Of a DNA stretch of 44,237 nt, positions 19,540 to 28,109 are shown piece after piece (the stretch's first letter is position 1; every line of letters starts with the position of its first letter). The notes beneath the pieces were generated by a model. It worked only from the letters and a program-made list of their open reading frames with translations, made no database searches and had not been told where the DNA came from. The translations under genes and the position numbers were made by a program. This DNA comes from Steroidobacteraceae bacterium (GTDB taxonomy: Bacteria; Pseudomonadota; Gammaproteobacteria; Steroidobacterales; Steroidobacteraceae): the NCBI GenBank assembly GCA_049521875.1, contig JBEKOK010000011.1, positions 1 through 44,237 of the forward strand, given 5' to 3'.

Positions 19540-19607
19540 TTTGCCCGCTGGCGCACGCAGAGCGTGGCGCGGGCTCCGGAACCATCCTGCAGGAGACTGA
19601 GCGGGCA

Positions 19608-20093
19608 ATGCCTGAGCGCATCCGGCTGGCACCGAATTGTTCGCTAAGTACCGCGGGTGCGGTCGGTTTCTTCGCGAGCCTGTGCCTGGCCTCGTTCGGC
19701 ATCGCCGGCCTGATGGCGGTGCACGGCTTCTGGCCGATCCTGCCATTCGCCGGCGGCGAGATGCTGTTGCTGGGCTGGGCTCTGCGCGACAACATGCGCC
19801 GCCGCCACTGGGTGCAGATCATCACGGTGGCCGAGGATCAGATCGCGATCGAGACGCAGATGGACGGCGCCGCCGAGCACGTTGTGTTTCCGCGGCACTG
19901 GGCACAGGTTAAACTGCGCCGCTCCGGAACCGGCTGGCATCCGAGCCATTTGACGATTGAATCGCATGGCCGCTCCTGTGAGCTGGGCGGCTTCCTGACT
20001 GAAGAGGAACGTCGCGGTCTGGCCGGGCGCCTGCAGCGGCTGGTCGGTCGTATGAATGAATCCCCGCCGCTGGCGGGCACGCACGATACTTAA
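19608..20093 (+). CDS. DUF2244-like two-TM membrane protein associated with cytochrome oxidase clusters
   Basis: 161-aa ORF. The N-terminal pair of TM helices (AVGFFASLCLASFGIAGLMAV, WPILPFAGGEMLLLGWAL) is followed by a soluble domain. It lies directly upstream of coxB, the usual position for this family. Confidence 0.65.
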   Translation: MPERIRLAPNCSLSTAGAVGFFASLCLASFGIAGLMAVHGFWPILPFAGGEMLLLGWALRDNMRRRHWVQIITVAEDQIAIETQMDGAAEHVVFPRHWAQVKLRRSGTGWHPSHLTIESHGRSCELGGFLTEEERRGLAGRLQRLVGRMNESPPLAGTHDT

Positions 20094-20110
20094 GGGATCC
20101 TAGGGCAAGA

Positions 20111-20983
20111 ATGATGACGAAAAATCTCGGCTGGCTCGCCACACCTTTGCTGACGCTGATCGCACCGGCGGCCCATGCGGAGTGGGCATTGAACATGCCC
20201 AAGGGCATCACCGATGTGTCCCGCAGCGTCTACGGCCTGCACATGCTGGCCTTCTGGATCTGCGTCTGGATCGGTGTGTTCGTGTTCGGCTGGATGATCT
20301 ATTCGATCGTGGTCTTCCGCCACTCCAAGGGCGCCGTGCCCGATACCAAGCTCGTGCACAACACCAAGGCCGAGATCATCTGGACCACGATACCGGTGCT
20401 CATCCTGATTGGTCTTGCAGTGCCAGCGACCAAGACGCTGATCGAGACCGATGATGCGAGCAACAGCCAGCTGACGATCCGTGTCACCGGCTACCAGTGG
20501 AAGTGGGGCTACGAGTACGTCGGCACCGGCGTCAGCCTGCTCTCGACGCTTGATGAGAAGAGCAACGCGGCCCGCCAGCTCGGCTCGGGCATCGATCCGT
20601 TTACCGTCGAGCACTACCTGCTGAATGTCGATCACCCGCTGGTCGTCCCGGCCGGCACCAAGGTGCGGCTGCTGATCACAGCCCAGGATGTGATTCATTC
20701 CTGGTGGCTGCCGGTGCTGGCGATCAAGAAGGATGCGATCCCCGGCTTCGTCAACGAAGCCTGGTTCACGATCGATGCCGGCACGGTCGGTACCTACCGC
20801 GGCCAGTGCGCCGAACTGTGCGGACGCGATCACGGCTTCATGCCGATCGTCGTCGAAGTGAAGAGCAAGGATGACTTTGCGGCCTGGATCAAGACCCAGC
20901 AGGCCGCGAACGCGGCCGCGGCCGCTGCGGCCGCACCGGCAGCGGCTCCGGCACCCGCCGCCGCACCGGCCAAGGCCAGCTGA
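20111..20983 (+). CDS. coxB: Cytochrome c oxidase subunit II (CuA subunit, no fused cytochrome c domain)
   Basis: 290-aa ORF with a signal/TM segment and two TM helices. The CuA ligand region reads DVIHSWWLP...CAELCGRDHGFMP. The C-terminus is an Ala/Pro-rich tail. Confidence 0.95.
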   Translation: MMTKNLGWLATPLLTLIAPAAHAEWALNMPKGITDVSRSVYGLHMLAFWICVWIGVFVFGWMIYSIVVFRHSKGAVPDTKLVHNTKAEIIWTTIPVLILIGLAVPATKTLIETDDASNSQLTIRVTGYQWKWGYEYVGTGVSLLSTLDEKSNAARQLGSGIDPFTVEHYLLNVDHPLVVPAGTKVRLLITAQDVIHSWWLPVLAIKKDAIPGFVNEAWFTIDAGTVGTYRGQCAELCGRDHGFMPIVVEVKSKDDFAAWIKTQQAANAAAAAAAAPAAAPAPAAAPAKAS

Positions 20984-21065
20984 CGGGACTTGTGAAGAGT
21001 TGCTCAGCGCCAGCACAGCCCGACGCACAAATTCATCGAATTAAATTTCTCGCGAGTAATTAACC

Positions 21066-22670
21066 ATGGCCTATAACGATCACACTGCGGCGCACGGCGA
21101 CCACGACCACAAGCCTTCGGGAATCTGGCGCTGGTTGTCGACGACGAACCACAAGGACATCGGCACGCTGTACCTGGTCTTCTCGTGCGTGATGTTCTTC
21201 GTCGGTGGCTTCATGGCGATGCTGATCCGCATGGAGCTCTTTAAGCCCGGCCTGCAGTTCTTCGATCCCGCGCTGTTCAATTCGCTGACCACCGTGCACG
21301 CGCTGGCGATGATCTTCGGCGCCGTGATGCCGGCCTGGGTGGGCCTGGCCAACTGGATGATCCCGATGCAGATCGGCGCGCCCGACATGGCGCTGCCGCG
21401 CATGAACAACTTCAGCTTCTGGATCCTGCCCTTCGCCTTCACGCTGCTGCTCTCGACTTTCTTCATCCCCGGTGGCGCACCGGCCGGTGGCTGGACGCTC
21501 TATCCGCCACTGGTGCTGCAGGGTGGCAACAGCCTGCCGCTGGCGATCTTCGCCATTCACCTGATGGGCGCCTCCTCGATCATGGGCGCGATCAACGTGA
21601 TCGTGACGATCATGAACATGCGCGCCCCGGGCATGACGCTGCTGCGCATGCCGCTGTTCGTATGGACCTGGCTGATCACCGCCTACCTGCTGATCGCCGT
21701 GATGCCGGTGCTGGCCGGTGCGGTGACGATGCTGCTGACCGATCACTTCTTCGGCACCAGCTTCTTCAGCGCCTCGGGCGGTGGCGATCCGGTCATGTTC
21801 CAGCACATCTTCTGGTTCTTCGGGCACCCGGAGGTCTACATCCTGATCCTGCCGGCCTTTGGCGTGGTCTCGGAGATCATCCCGACCTTCTCGCGCAAGC
21901 CGCTGTTCGGCTATAGCGCGATGGTCTATGCGACCGCCTCGATCGCGTTCCTGTCCTTCATCGTCTGGGCGCACCACATGTTCACGGTCGGCATGCCGCT
22001 GGCCGCCGAGCTGTTCTTCATGCTCTCGACGATGCTGATCGCGATCCCGACCGGCGTGAAGGTGTTCAACTGGTGCGCCACGATGTGGCGCGGGTCGCTG
22101 TCGTTCGAGCCGCCGATGCTGTTCGCGCTCTCGTTCCTGTTCCTGTTCACGATCGGCGGCTTCTCGGGCCTGATGCTCGCGATGGCGCCGGCCGATTTCC
22201 AGTATCAGGACACCTACTTTGTCGTCGCCCACTTCCACTACGTGCTGGTGCCCGGCTCGATCTTCGCGATCATGGGCGGCGTGTACTACTGGCTGCCCAA
22301 GTGGACCGGCCACATGTACAACATGACGCTGGCCAAGTGGCACTTCTGGCTCTCGACGATCTTCGTCAACGTGCTGTTCTTCCCGCAGCACTTCCTGGGA
22401 CTTGCCGGCATGCCACGCCGTATCCCGGACTATGCGACGCAGTTTGCGGACTGGAACATGGTCTCCTCGCTGGGTGGCTTTGCCTTCGGCCTCTCACAGG
22501 TGCTGTTCCCGATCATCATCATCCAGTGCGTGCGCGGCGGCGAGAAAGCCAGCAACCAGGTCTGGGAGAGCGCTCACGGCCTGGAGTGGGAGCTGCCCTC
22601 ACCGGCGCCGTACCACAGCTGGGAAGATGCGCCGACACTGGCAACAATTGAGCACGGGGCCGAGCACTAG
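21066..22670 (+). CDS. ctaD: Cytochrome c oxidase subunit I
   Basis: 534-aa ORF with 12 TM segments. Motifs: WFFGHPEVYILILPAFG, HHMFTVGM and VAHFHYV, the heme-copper oxidase signatures. Confidence 0.97.
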   Translation: MAYNDHTAAHGDHDHKPSGIWRWLSTTNHKDIGTLYLVFSCVMFFVGGFMAMLIRMELFKPGLQFFDPALFNSLTTVHALAMIFGAVMPAWVGLANWMIPMQIGAPDMALPRMNNFSFWILPFAFTLLLSTFFIPGGAPAGGWTLYPPLVLQGGNSLPLAIFAIHLMGASSIMGAINVIVTIMNMRAPGMTLLRMPLFVWTWLITAYLLIAVMPVLAGAVTMLLTDHFFGTSFFSASGGGDPVMFQHIFWFFGHPEVYILILPAFGVVSEIIPTFSRKPLFGYSAMVYATASIAFLSFIVWAHHMFTVGMPLAAELFFMLSTMLIAIPTGVKVFNWCATMWRGSLSFEPPMLFALSFLFLFTIGGFSGLMLAMAPADFQYQDTYFVVAHFHYVLVPGSIFAIMGGVYYWLPKWTGHMYNMTLAKWHFWLSTIFVNVLFFPQHFLGLAGMPRRIPDYATQFADWNMVSSLGGFAFGLSQVLFPIIIIQCVRGGEKASNQVWESAHGLEWELPSPAPYHSWEDAPTLATIEHGAEH

Positions 22671-22707
22671 CTCGGGCGCCGCATTGAACTCCTTTGAGAC
22701 CGCTGCC

Positions 22708-22842
22708 GTGACCACACCGCACAGCGCGCGCCAGGAGCGGCAGCGGCGCAACGTGCGCCGCACAGCGCTGGTGCTGTCGCTGATCGCGGCCGCGTTCTAC
22801 ATCGGCTTCATCCTGATGTCGGTGAGCAGGGCGCTGCGATGA
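22708..22842 (+). CDS. Small single-TM cytochrome oxidase assembly protein
   Basis: The GTG at 22708 gives 44 aa: [44 protein letters not shown]. This has a basic N-terminus and one TM segment. Its stop codon overlaps the ctaG ATG (ATGA). Its position between subunit I and ctaG is typical of this small-protein family. The start codon is uncertain. Confidence 0.55.
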   Translation: MTTPHSARQERQRRNVRRTALVLSLIAAAFYIGFILMSVSRALR

Positions 22843-23375
22843 ACGAGGCGGCGCAAAAAAAGCGCCTCAATCGCCGGCTGCTCTGGCAGCTCGCGGGCTT
22901 CGTCGCCGGCAGCTTTGCCTTCGGCTGGGCGCTGATCCCACTGTACGACGTGCTGTGCGAAGTCACCGGCATCGGCACGCAGAAGAACCTGACCACTGCC
23001 GCGGCGGCGACACCGCTGATCGTCGATACGCAGCGACTGGTCACGGTCGAGTTCATGACGATCCTGCCGACCGTGGGCAACTGGGAGTTCGAGCCGGAGC
23101 AGGCCTCGATGCAGGTGCACCCGGGCCAGCTCTATGAGGCGAAGTTCACGGCGCACAACCTGACCGGGCACGACATCGTCGCTCAGGCCGTGCCCTCGTT
23201 CGCCCCTTCCAAGGCTTCGGCGTGGTTTCACAAGACCGAGTGCTTCTGCTTCACACCGCAGAAGTTCCTGACCGGTGAGCAGCGCGAAATGCCGGTCCGC
23301 TTCTATGTCGATCCGACGCTGCCGGCCTACCTTGATCGCGTCACGCTCAGCTACACCTTCTACGATCTGAAATAA
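22839..23375 (+). CDS. ctaG: Cytochrome c oxidase assembly protein CtaG/Cox11 (CuB insertion)
   Basis: 178-aa ORF with an N-terminal TM anchor, [11 protein letters not shown] and the copper-binding CFCF motif ([11 protein letters not shown]). Confidence 0.9.
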   Translation: MNEAAQKKRLNRRLLWQLAGFVAGSFAFGWALIPLYDVLCEVTGIGTQKNLTTAAAATPLIVDTQRLVTVEFMTILPTVGNWEFEPEQASMQVHPGQLYEAKFTAHNLTGHDIVAQAVPSFAPSKASAWFHKTECFCFTPQKFLTGEQREMPVRFYVDPTLPAYLDRVTLSYTFYDLK

Positions 23376-23439
23376 GGACTCACGGCCACCGGGAGTGCGA
23401 GAATCACCCGGCGGCTCATGCGCAAAGGAACCGATTACG

Positions 23440-24324
23440 ATGGAACACGCCCCGGCTAACCCCGCCAAGTACTACATACCGCACGGCACGCAGTGGCCGA
23501 TCATCGGCTCGGTGGCGCTGTTCTGCCTGATGCTGGGCTTCGCCTCGATCCTCAACGGCTGGGCCGGCGGCTGGGCGTTCATTCCGGGCGCCGCGATCCT
23601 GATCTACATGTTCTTTGGCTGGTTCTCGACCGTCATCGATGAAAACCAGCGCGGCATCTACAACATGGATGTCGACCGCTCATTCCGCATGGGCATGATC
23701 TGGTTCATCTTCTCGGAAGTCATGTTCTTCGCCGCCTTCTTCGGCGCGCTCTTTTACGCCCGCACACTCTCGGTGCCATGGGTCGGCGGCGAGGGCGTCA
23801 AGGTCTTCAACAAGCTGCTGCTGTGGCCGCACTACAGCGCCGGCTGGCCGACCAACGGCCCGGCGCACCTGGGGCCGCGCGCCGATGGCACCTTCGAAAC
23901 CATCCCGGCGTTCGGCGTCCCGGCGATCAACACGCTGATCCTGCTCAGCAGCGGCGTCACGATCACGATCGCGCACCATGCGCTGCGGGCCGGTCACCGC
24001 GGCGTGCTGAAATTATTCCTCGCGCTCACTTTCCTGCTCGGCTTCAGTTTCGTCTTCCTGCAGGCCCGCGAGTACGCCGAGGCCTTCACCGAGAAGGGCC
24101 TGACGCTCGGCACCGGCATCTACGGTTCGACCTTCTTCATGCTGACCGGCTTCCACGGCCTGCACGTCACAATCGGCGCGATCATGCTGACGGTGATCTG
24201 GCTGCGGACGCTGCGCGGGCATTTCACGCCCCAGCGGCATTTCGCCTTCGAGGCCGTGGCCTGGTACTGGCACTTCGTCGACGTCGTCTGGCTCGGCCTG
24301 TTCGTGTTCGTTTACTGGATCTAG
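23440..24324 (+). CDS. ctaE: Cytochrome c oxidase subunit III
   Basis: Starts at the ATG at 23440 (MEHAPANPAKYYIPH), preceded by AAAGGAA. Polytopic, with FFMLTGFHGLHVTIGAIML and WYWHFVDVVWLGLF. The track ORF starts at 23395. Confidence 0.93.
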   Translation: MEHAPANPAKYYIPHGTQWPIIGSVALFCLMLGFASILNGWAGGWAFIPGAAILIYMFFGWFSTVIDENQRGIYNMDVDRSFRMGMIWFIFSEVMFFAAFFGALFYARTLSVPWVGGEGVKVFNKLLLWPHYSAGWPTNGPAHLGPRADGTFETIPAFGVPAINTLILLSSGVTITIAHHALRAGHRGVLKLFLALTFLLGFSFVFLQAREYAEAFTEKGLTLGTGIYGSTFFMLTGFHGLHVTIGAIMLTVIWLRTLRGHFTPQRHFAFEAVAWYWHFVDVVWLGLFVFVYWI

Positions 24325-24437
24325 CGCTAATCGGAAAGGCCGTCGCGGCGCGCTCTGGTGCCGGACGGTGCTGCGGTACACGGGGCCCAGGCCTTCTATG
24401 ACGGGCCGCCCCTCGAACAACAAAAGGGGAATGCGTC

Positions 24438-24998
24438 ATGACTGCACTGTTTGCGCTTTGGCTGCCGATCCTGCTATCGGCAGTGGCCGTCTACCTGGTC
24501 AGCTCCGTGATCCATATGGTGACCCCGTGGCACAAAGGGGATTACCGCGGCGTTGCCGACCAGGAATCCTTCATGGCCGCGCTCCGGCCCTTTGGCCTGA
24601 CGCCCGGGGATTACATGGTGCCGCGGCCGGCGAGCATGGCGGACATGCGCACCCCCGAATACAAACGCCTGCACCAGTCGGGCCCGGTGATGTTCTTCAC
24701 CGTGCGGCCATCCGGCGTGATGAAAATCGGCCCGCAGCTGCTGCAGTGGTTCCTCTACAGCCTCGTGATCTCGGTGTTTGCCGGCTATGTCGCCGAGAGC
24801 GTGCTGCCGATAGGCACGGATTATCCGCGCGTGTTCCAGATCGTCGGTACCACCGCCTTCCTCGGCTACTCCGCGGCGCTCGTGCAGCAGTCGATCTGGT
24901 ATGGCCGCTCCTGGGCGATGACCCTGCGCACGCTGCTCGATGGCCTGCTGTACGCGCTGCTGACCGCCGGGATGTTCGGCTGGCTGTGGCCGCGCTGA
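24438..24998 (+). CDS. Conserved membrane protein of unknown function
   Basis: 186-aa ORF preceded by AAAGGGGAA. It has an N-terminal TM segment (LWLPILLSAVAVYLVSSVIHMV), then a TPWHKGDY...PGDYMVPRP...PEYKRL region, then three more predicted TM segments. I recall homologues annotated only as hypothetical membrane proteins. Confidence 0.7.
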   Translation: MTALFALWLPILLSAVAVYLVSSVIHMVTPWHKGDYRGVADQESFMAALRPFGLTPGDYMVPRPASMADMRTPEYKRLHQSGPVMFFTVRPSGVMKIGPQLLQWFLYSLVISVFAGYVAESVLPIGTDYPRVFQIVGTTAFLGYSAALVQQSIWYGRSWAMTLRTLLDGLLYALLTAGMFGWLWPR

Positions 24999-26777
24999 TC
25001 AGCCCGCGCCACGCCGCAACAGCAGATAGCGGCGACCGCCGGGTCGCTCGATCACAGCCAGTGCCTTGAGGCCGGCGGCCTGCAGTGCCGGCGCAATGGC
25101 GATGGCACTGGGCGCCGGCGTAGGCATCGAGCCATCGCGCAGGTAGGCCTGCCAGTCATGGACTTTCCAGGACGGCGCCGGCACCTGCACCAGAATTTCC
25201 AGTGCCGTATCCGCTCGCACCGCTGCAGCAAGCTGCGAATCCACATCGGGCTGCTCGTTGCGAAGCGCGCGCCACTGCGCGGGCGGCAGGTACAGTTGCG
25301 CCCAGGCCAGCGTCGTCTCATCCGGTCGCCACAACAGCAGCGGGCCGCCGGCACTTGCCGAGCTCACCGCGCGTGCCACGTGCAGCAGATCCTGGCTGCG
25401 ATCAAAGACCCGCAGCGGCGCCAGCGTGCCCACCGCCAGCAGCAAGGCGAACGCAGCGGCCTGCAGTGTCAATGCCGCCGCCGGCTCGCGATCGCGCTGA
25501 TCCCAGTGCAACAGCAGCGCCAGAAAGATCCCGAAGGCAACCACCGCGCTAAAGCCGCACAGGCCTAAGGGCACCGGCGCCTTGAGCTGCAGCAGTTCGA
25601 GCGACAGCAGCGTCAGTGCCGCGGCGAGCAGCGCGATCAGCACGCGGCTGACGATAAGCGCCAGGCGCGCCGCGCGGGCGGCGCCATCGGCGGTTAACCA
25701 CAGCGCGCACAGCAGCGCGAGCCCCGGCACGCACGGGGCGGCATAGATGCTGCGTGCCGTCGCTGCCAGTGACAGGATCAGCAGCGCCGGGACGCTCGCG
25801 CACAGCGCGAAGCGCCATGGGCCTGGCAGTGCCACGCGACTCGCAACTGTTCGGCCGACGCGCCCCAGCGCACACAGCAGCAGCGCGCTCCACGGCAGCA
25901 GATCGATGAGCAGCTCGCTCAGGTATTTGCCCGGCGCATTGCGATGCGCGAGCGCGTAGGCATACGGCGTGGGCGCCGCGACTGGCAGCGCGCGTCCGAC
26001 GAGATTGTCCCAGAACAGGATGCGAAGTGCCGCGGCGCCCTGTGGGCCATGCGCGACCGCATTCACCCAGGCGGCGATCGCCAGCAGCGGCACGAGCGCG
26101 CCTATCCAGAGCTCCCAGCGCAGCAGCTCGCGCCAGCGCCGCTGCCAGATGATAAAAGTAGCGAGCGCTGTCAGCGGCACCAGCCAGCCGGCAAAGTTCT
26201 TGGCGAAGAACGCGAGCGTCAATCCGGCGTGCAGCAGCAGATACCAGACACAGCGCTGGCGCGGACTGCGCGCCGCAAGGCCCAGGTAGCCACCACACAG
26301 GGCCACGCACACCCCACAGAGCAGCAACGCATCGCACTCGAGCCAGACCTGCACCTGGAAGGCGAGCAGCGCCGTCGCGAAGATGGCGGCCGCGGCATGG
26401 CCGGTCGCGCGACCTCCGGCGGCGCGACCCAGCCGCCCGATCGCCAACACACCGAGCAGCGCGTACAACAGCAGCGGCAGGCGGGCGGCGGCCGGACTGT
26501 CACCGAACAGGTGCATTGAGGCGGCCGCGAGCCAGTAGGTCAGCGGCGGCTTTTCGGCGAACGTGACGCCGGCCAGCTGCGGCAGCGCCAGCGGGCCACC
26601 GAGCATCGACGCCGCGAGCGCCGCTTCGCGCGGCTCATCGGGTGTCCAGTAGCTGCGGGCAAACAGCGCCACGCCCCAGGCCAGCAACAATGCCAGCAGC
26701 AGGATACGGAAAGCCGGTTGGCGCGTCTCGGACCCGGCGCTTCTCAATGATGCAGGCATCGTGGTCATGGCCCGCAC
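24999..26777 (-). CDS. GT-C fold glycosyltransferase, family 39 (ArnT / PMT-like, polyprenyl-phosphate-sugar dependent)
   Basis: 592-aa ORF with many TM segments. The first periplasmic loop carries the acidic motif YWTPDEPREA, followed by FAEKPPLTYW, as in ArnT/PMT_2 enzymes. There is a C-terminal soluble domain of about 130 aa. The start may be the GTG at 26777 or the ATG at 26768. Confidence 0.8.
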   Translation of the reverse strand: MRAMTTMPASLRSAGSETRQPAFRILLLALLLAWGVALFARSYWTPDEPREAALAASMLGGPLALPQLAGVTFAEKPPLTYWLAAASMHLFGDSPAAARLPLLLYALLGVLAIGRLGRAAGGRATGHAAAAIFATALLAFQVQVWLECDALLLCGVCVALCGGYLGLAARSPRQRCVWYLLLHAGLTLAFFAKNFAGWLVPLTALATFIIWQRRWRELLRWELWIGALVPLLAIAAWVNAVAHGPQGAAALRILFWDNLVGRALPVAAPTPYAYALAHRNAPGKYLSELLIDLLPWSALLLCALGRVGRTVASRVALPGPWRFALCASVPALLILSLAATARSIYAAPCVPGLALLCALWLTADGAARAARLALIVSRVLIALLAAALTLLSLELLQLKAPVPLGLCGFSAVVAFGIFLALLLHWDQRDREPAAALTLQAAAFALLLAVGTLAPLRVFDRSQDLLHVARAVSSASAGGPLLLWRPDETTLAWAQLYLPPAQWRALRNEQPDVDSQLAAAVRADTALEILVQVPAPSWKVHDWQAYLRDGSMPTPAPSAIAIAPALQAAGLKALAVIERPGGRRYLLLRRGAG

Positions 26778-26810
26778 CTTATTCGCAATCTGATGCTGTG
26801 GGCCAGCGCA

Positions 26811-27722
26811 TCAGACCGCTCCGCTGCTGACGAGGCGCACACCGGCGATGACGGCGATGGCGCCGATCAGCTGCAGCACCCCGATTGCTTCGCCCAGAAA
26901 CACGACTGCGAGCGCGACGGTGATGATCGGACCCAGCGAACCGATGACCGCGGTCGGCCCGGCACCCAGCCGCCGGATCGCCTCGGCAATGAGCCAGATC
27001 GGCAGCACGGTGGCGAAGATGCTGAGGGCGAGTGCCAGCAGCTGCACCTGCCACACCTGTGCGAACAGCGCCGCCGGTCCGCGCATCACCAGCATCTGCA
27101 ACAGTGCCAGCACGCAGGCGCAGCCGGTGGCCCACGCCGTGACGCGCGTTGAGCCTAAGCGCCCGACGATAGTGCCGTTGCCGATCAGGTAGGCCGCATA
27201 ACAAACGGCGCTTGCGAACACGAGGGCGCTGCCGAGCAGCAGGTGCGCGCCGCCAAGATGCAAATTCTCGATGACCGCGAGCGCGACGCCGCCGTAACAC
27301 AGCGCGAGTGCAGCCAGCAGCCGCGCGCTCGGGGCCCGGCGCTGCTGCAGCGCTGAGTAGAGCACCACGAGCGTCGGATAGATGAACAGGATCACGCGCT
27401 CCAGGGACGCTGTGATGTACTTGAGCCCGAGGTAATCGAGATAACTGGACCCGTAGTAGCCGAAGAGCCCGAGCAGCGCCAGCCCGAGCAGATCGAGGCG
27501 CCTCAGCCTGAGCGCATCGCGGCGCGCCGCGGCGATGCCCATCAGCACGAGCCACGGCAGCGCATACAGCATGCGCAGCGCGAGGAAGGTTTCGGCATCG
27601 ACGCCGTAGCGATAGGCGGCCTTGACCAGGATAGATTTGAAGGCAAAGCCGACCGCGCCCAGCAGCGCGCAGCTCAGTCCAACGGTACGCTGCGCTGCGC
27701 CCGCCTCAGCGGCCGACGCCAT
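26811..27722 (-). CDS. EamA/DMT-superfamily permease (10 TM)
   Basis: 303-aa ORF with two EamA-type repeats (ALLGAVGFAFKSILVKAAY... and ...ALLQMLVMRG...LPIWLIAEAIRRLGAG). Its start overlaps the DUF2909 gene 3' end by 17 nt. Confidence 0.8.
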   Translation of the reverse strand: MASAAEAGAAQRTVGLSCALLGAVGFAFKSILVKAAYRYGVDAETFLALRMLYALPWLVLMGIAAARRDALRLRRLDLLGLALLGLFGYYGSSYLDYLGLKYITASLERVILFIYPTLVVLYSALQQRRAPSARLLAALALCYGGVALAVIENLHLGGAHLLLGSALVFASAVCYAAYLIGNGTIVGRLGSTRVTAWATGCACVLALLQMLVMRGPAALFAQVWQVQLLALALSIFATVLPIWLIAEAIRRLGAGPTAVIGSLGPIITVALAVVFLGEAIGVLQLIGAIAVIAGVRLVSSGAV

Positions 27723-27918
27723 GGGGCTCGATCAGGCCGGCGCGCCAGGCGAGCATCAGCAGCAGGAACAGGGCGAGTGACAGGCCGACCCGCAGCGTCA
27801 GCGCCCGGACCATTTTCTTCGAGTCCCCGCCCGGACGGGACAGGTGAAACAGCGCTGTGCCAAGGCTCCAGACGATTGCGAGCAGCGCGAGAATGACGAT
27901 AACCCGAATGCCTTCCAC
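27706..27918 (-). CDS. Twin-transmembrane-helix small protein (DUF2909)
   Basis: The GTG at 27918 is preceded by AGGAA and gives 70 aa: VEGIRVIVILALLAIVWSLGTALFHLSRPGGDSKKMVRALTLRVGLSLALFLLLMLAWRAGL. This is two TM helices joined by a basic loop. The track ORF (to 28173) adds an implausible 85-aa extension. Confidence 0.7.
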   Translation of the reverse strand: MEGIRVIVILALLAIVWSLGTALFHLSRPGGDSKKMVRALTLRVGLSLALFLLLMLAWRAGLIEPHGVGR

Positions 27919-28109
27919 GAGCTGTTCCTGGGATCTTCCGGTACCGGGCGCCCAGTGTAGCGGACCTCGCAAGCGGCGTGATGCGGGCGTATTGCCGGCC
28001 CGAGGATCGGCGGCTCTCGAGGCTGTACTTCCGAGGGCGCTGGACGGCAAAATGCGCGCCCCTTTATGAGCGCTTCCGGCCGCTACCGGAGCTCGGAGCA
28101 CCCCTGCAC

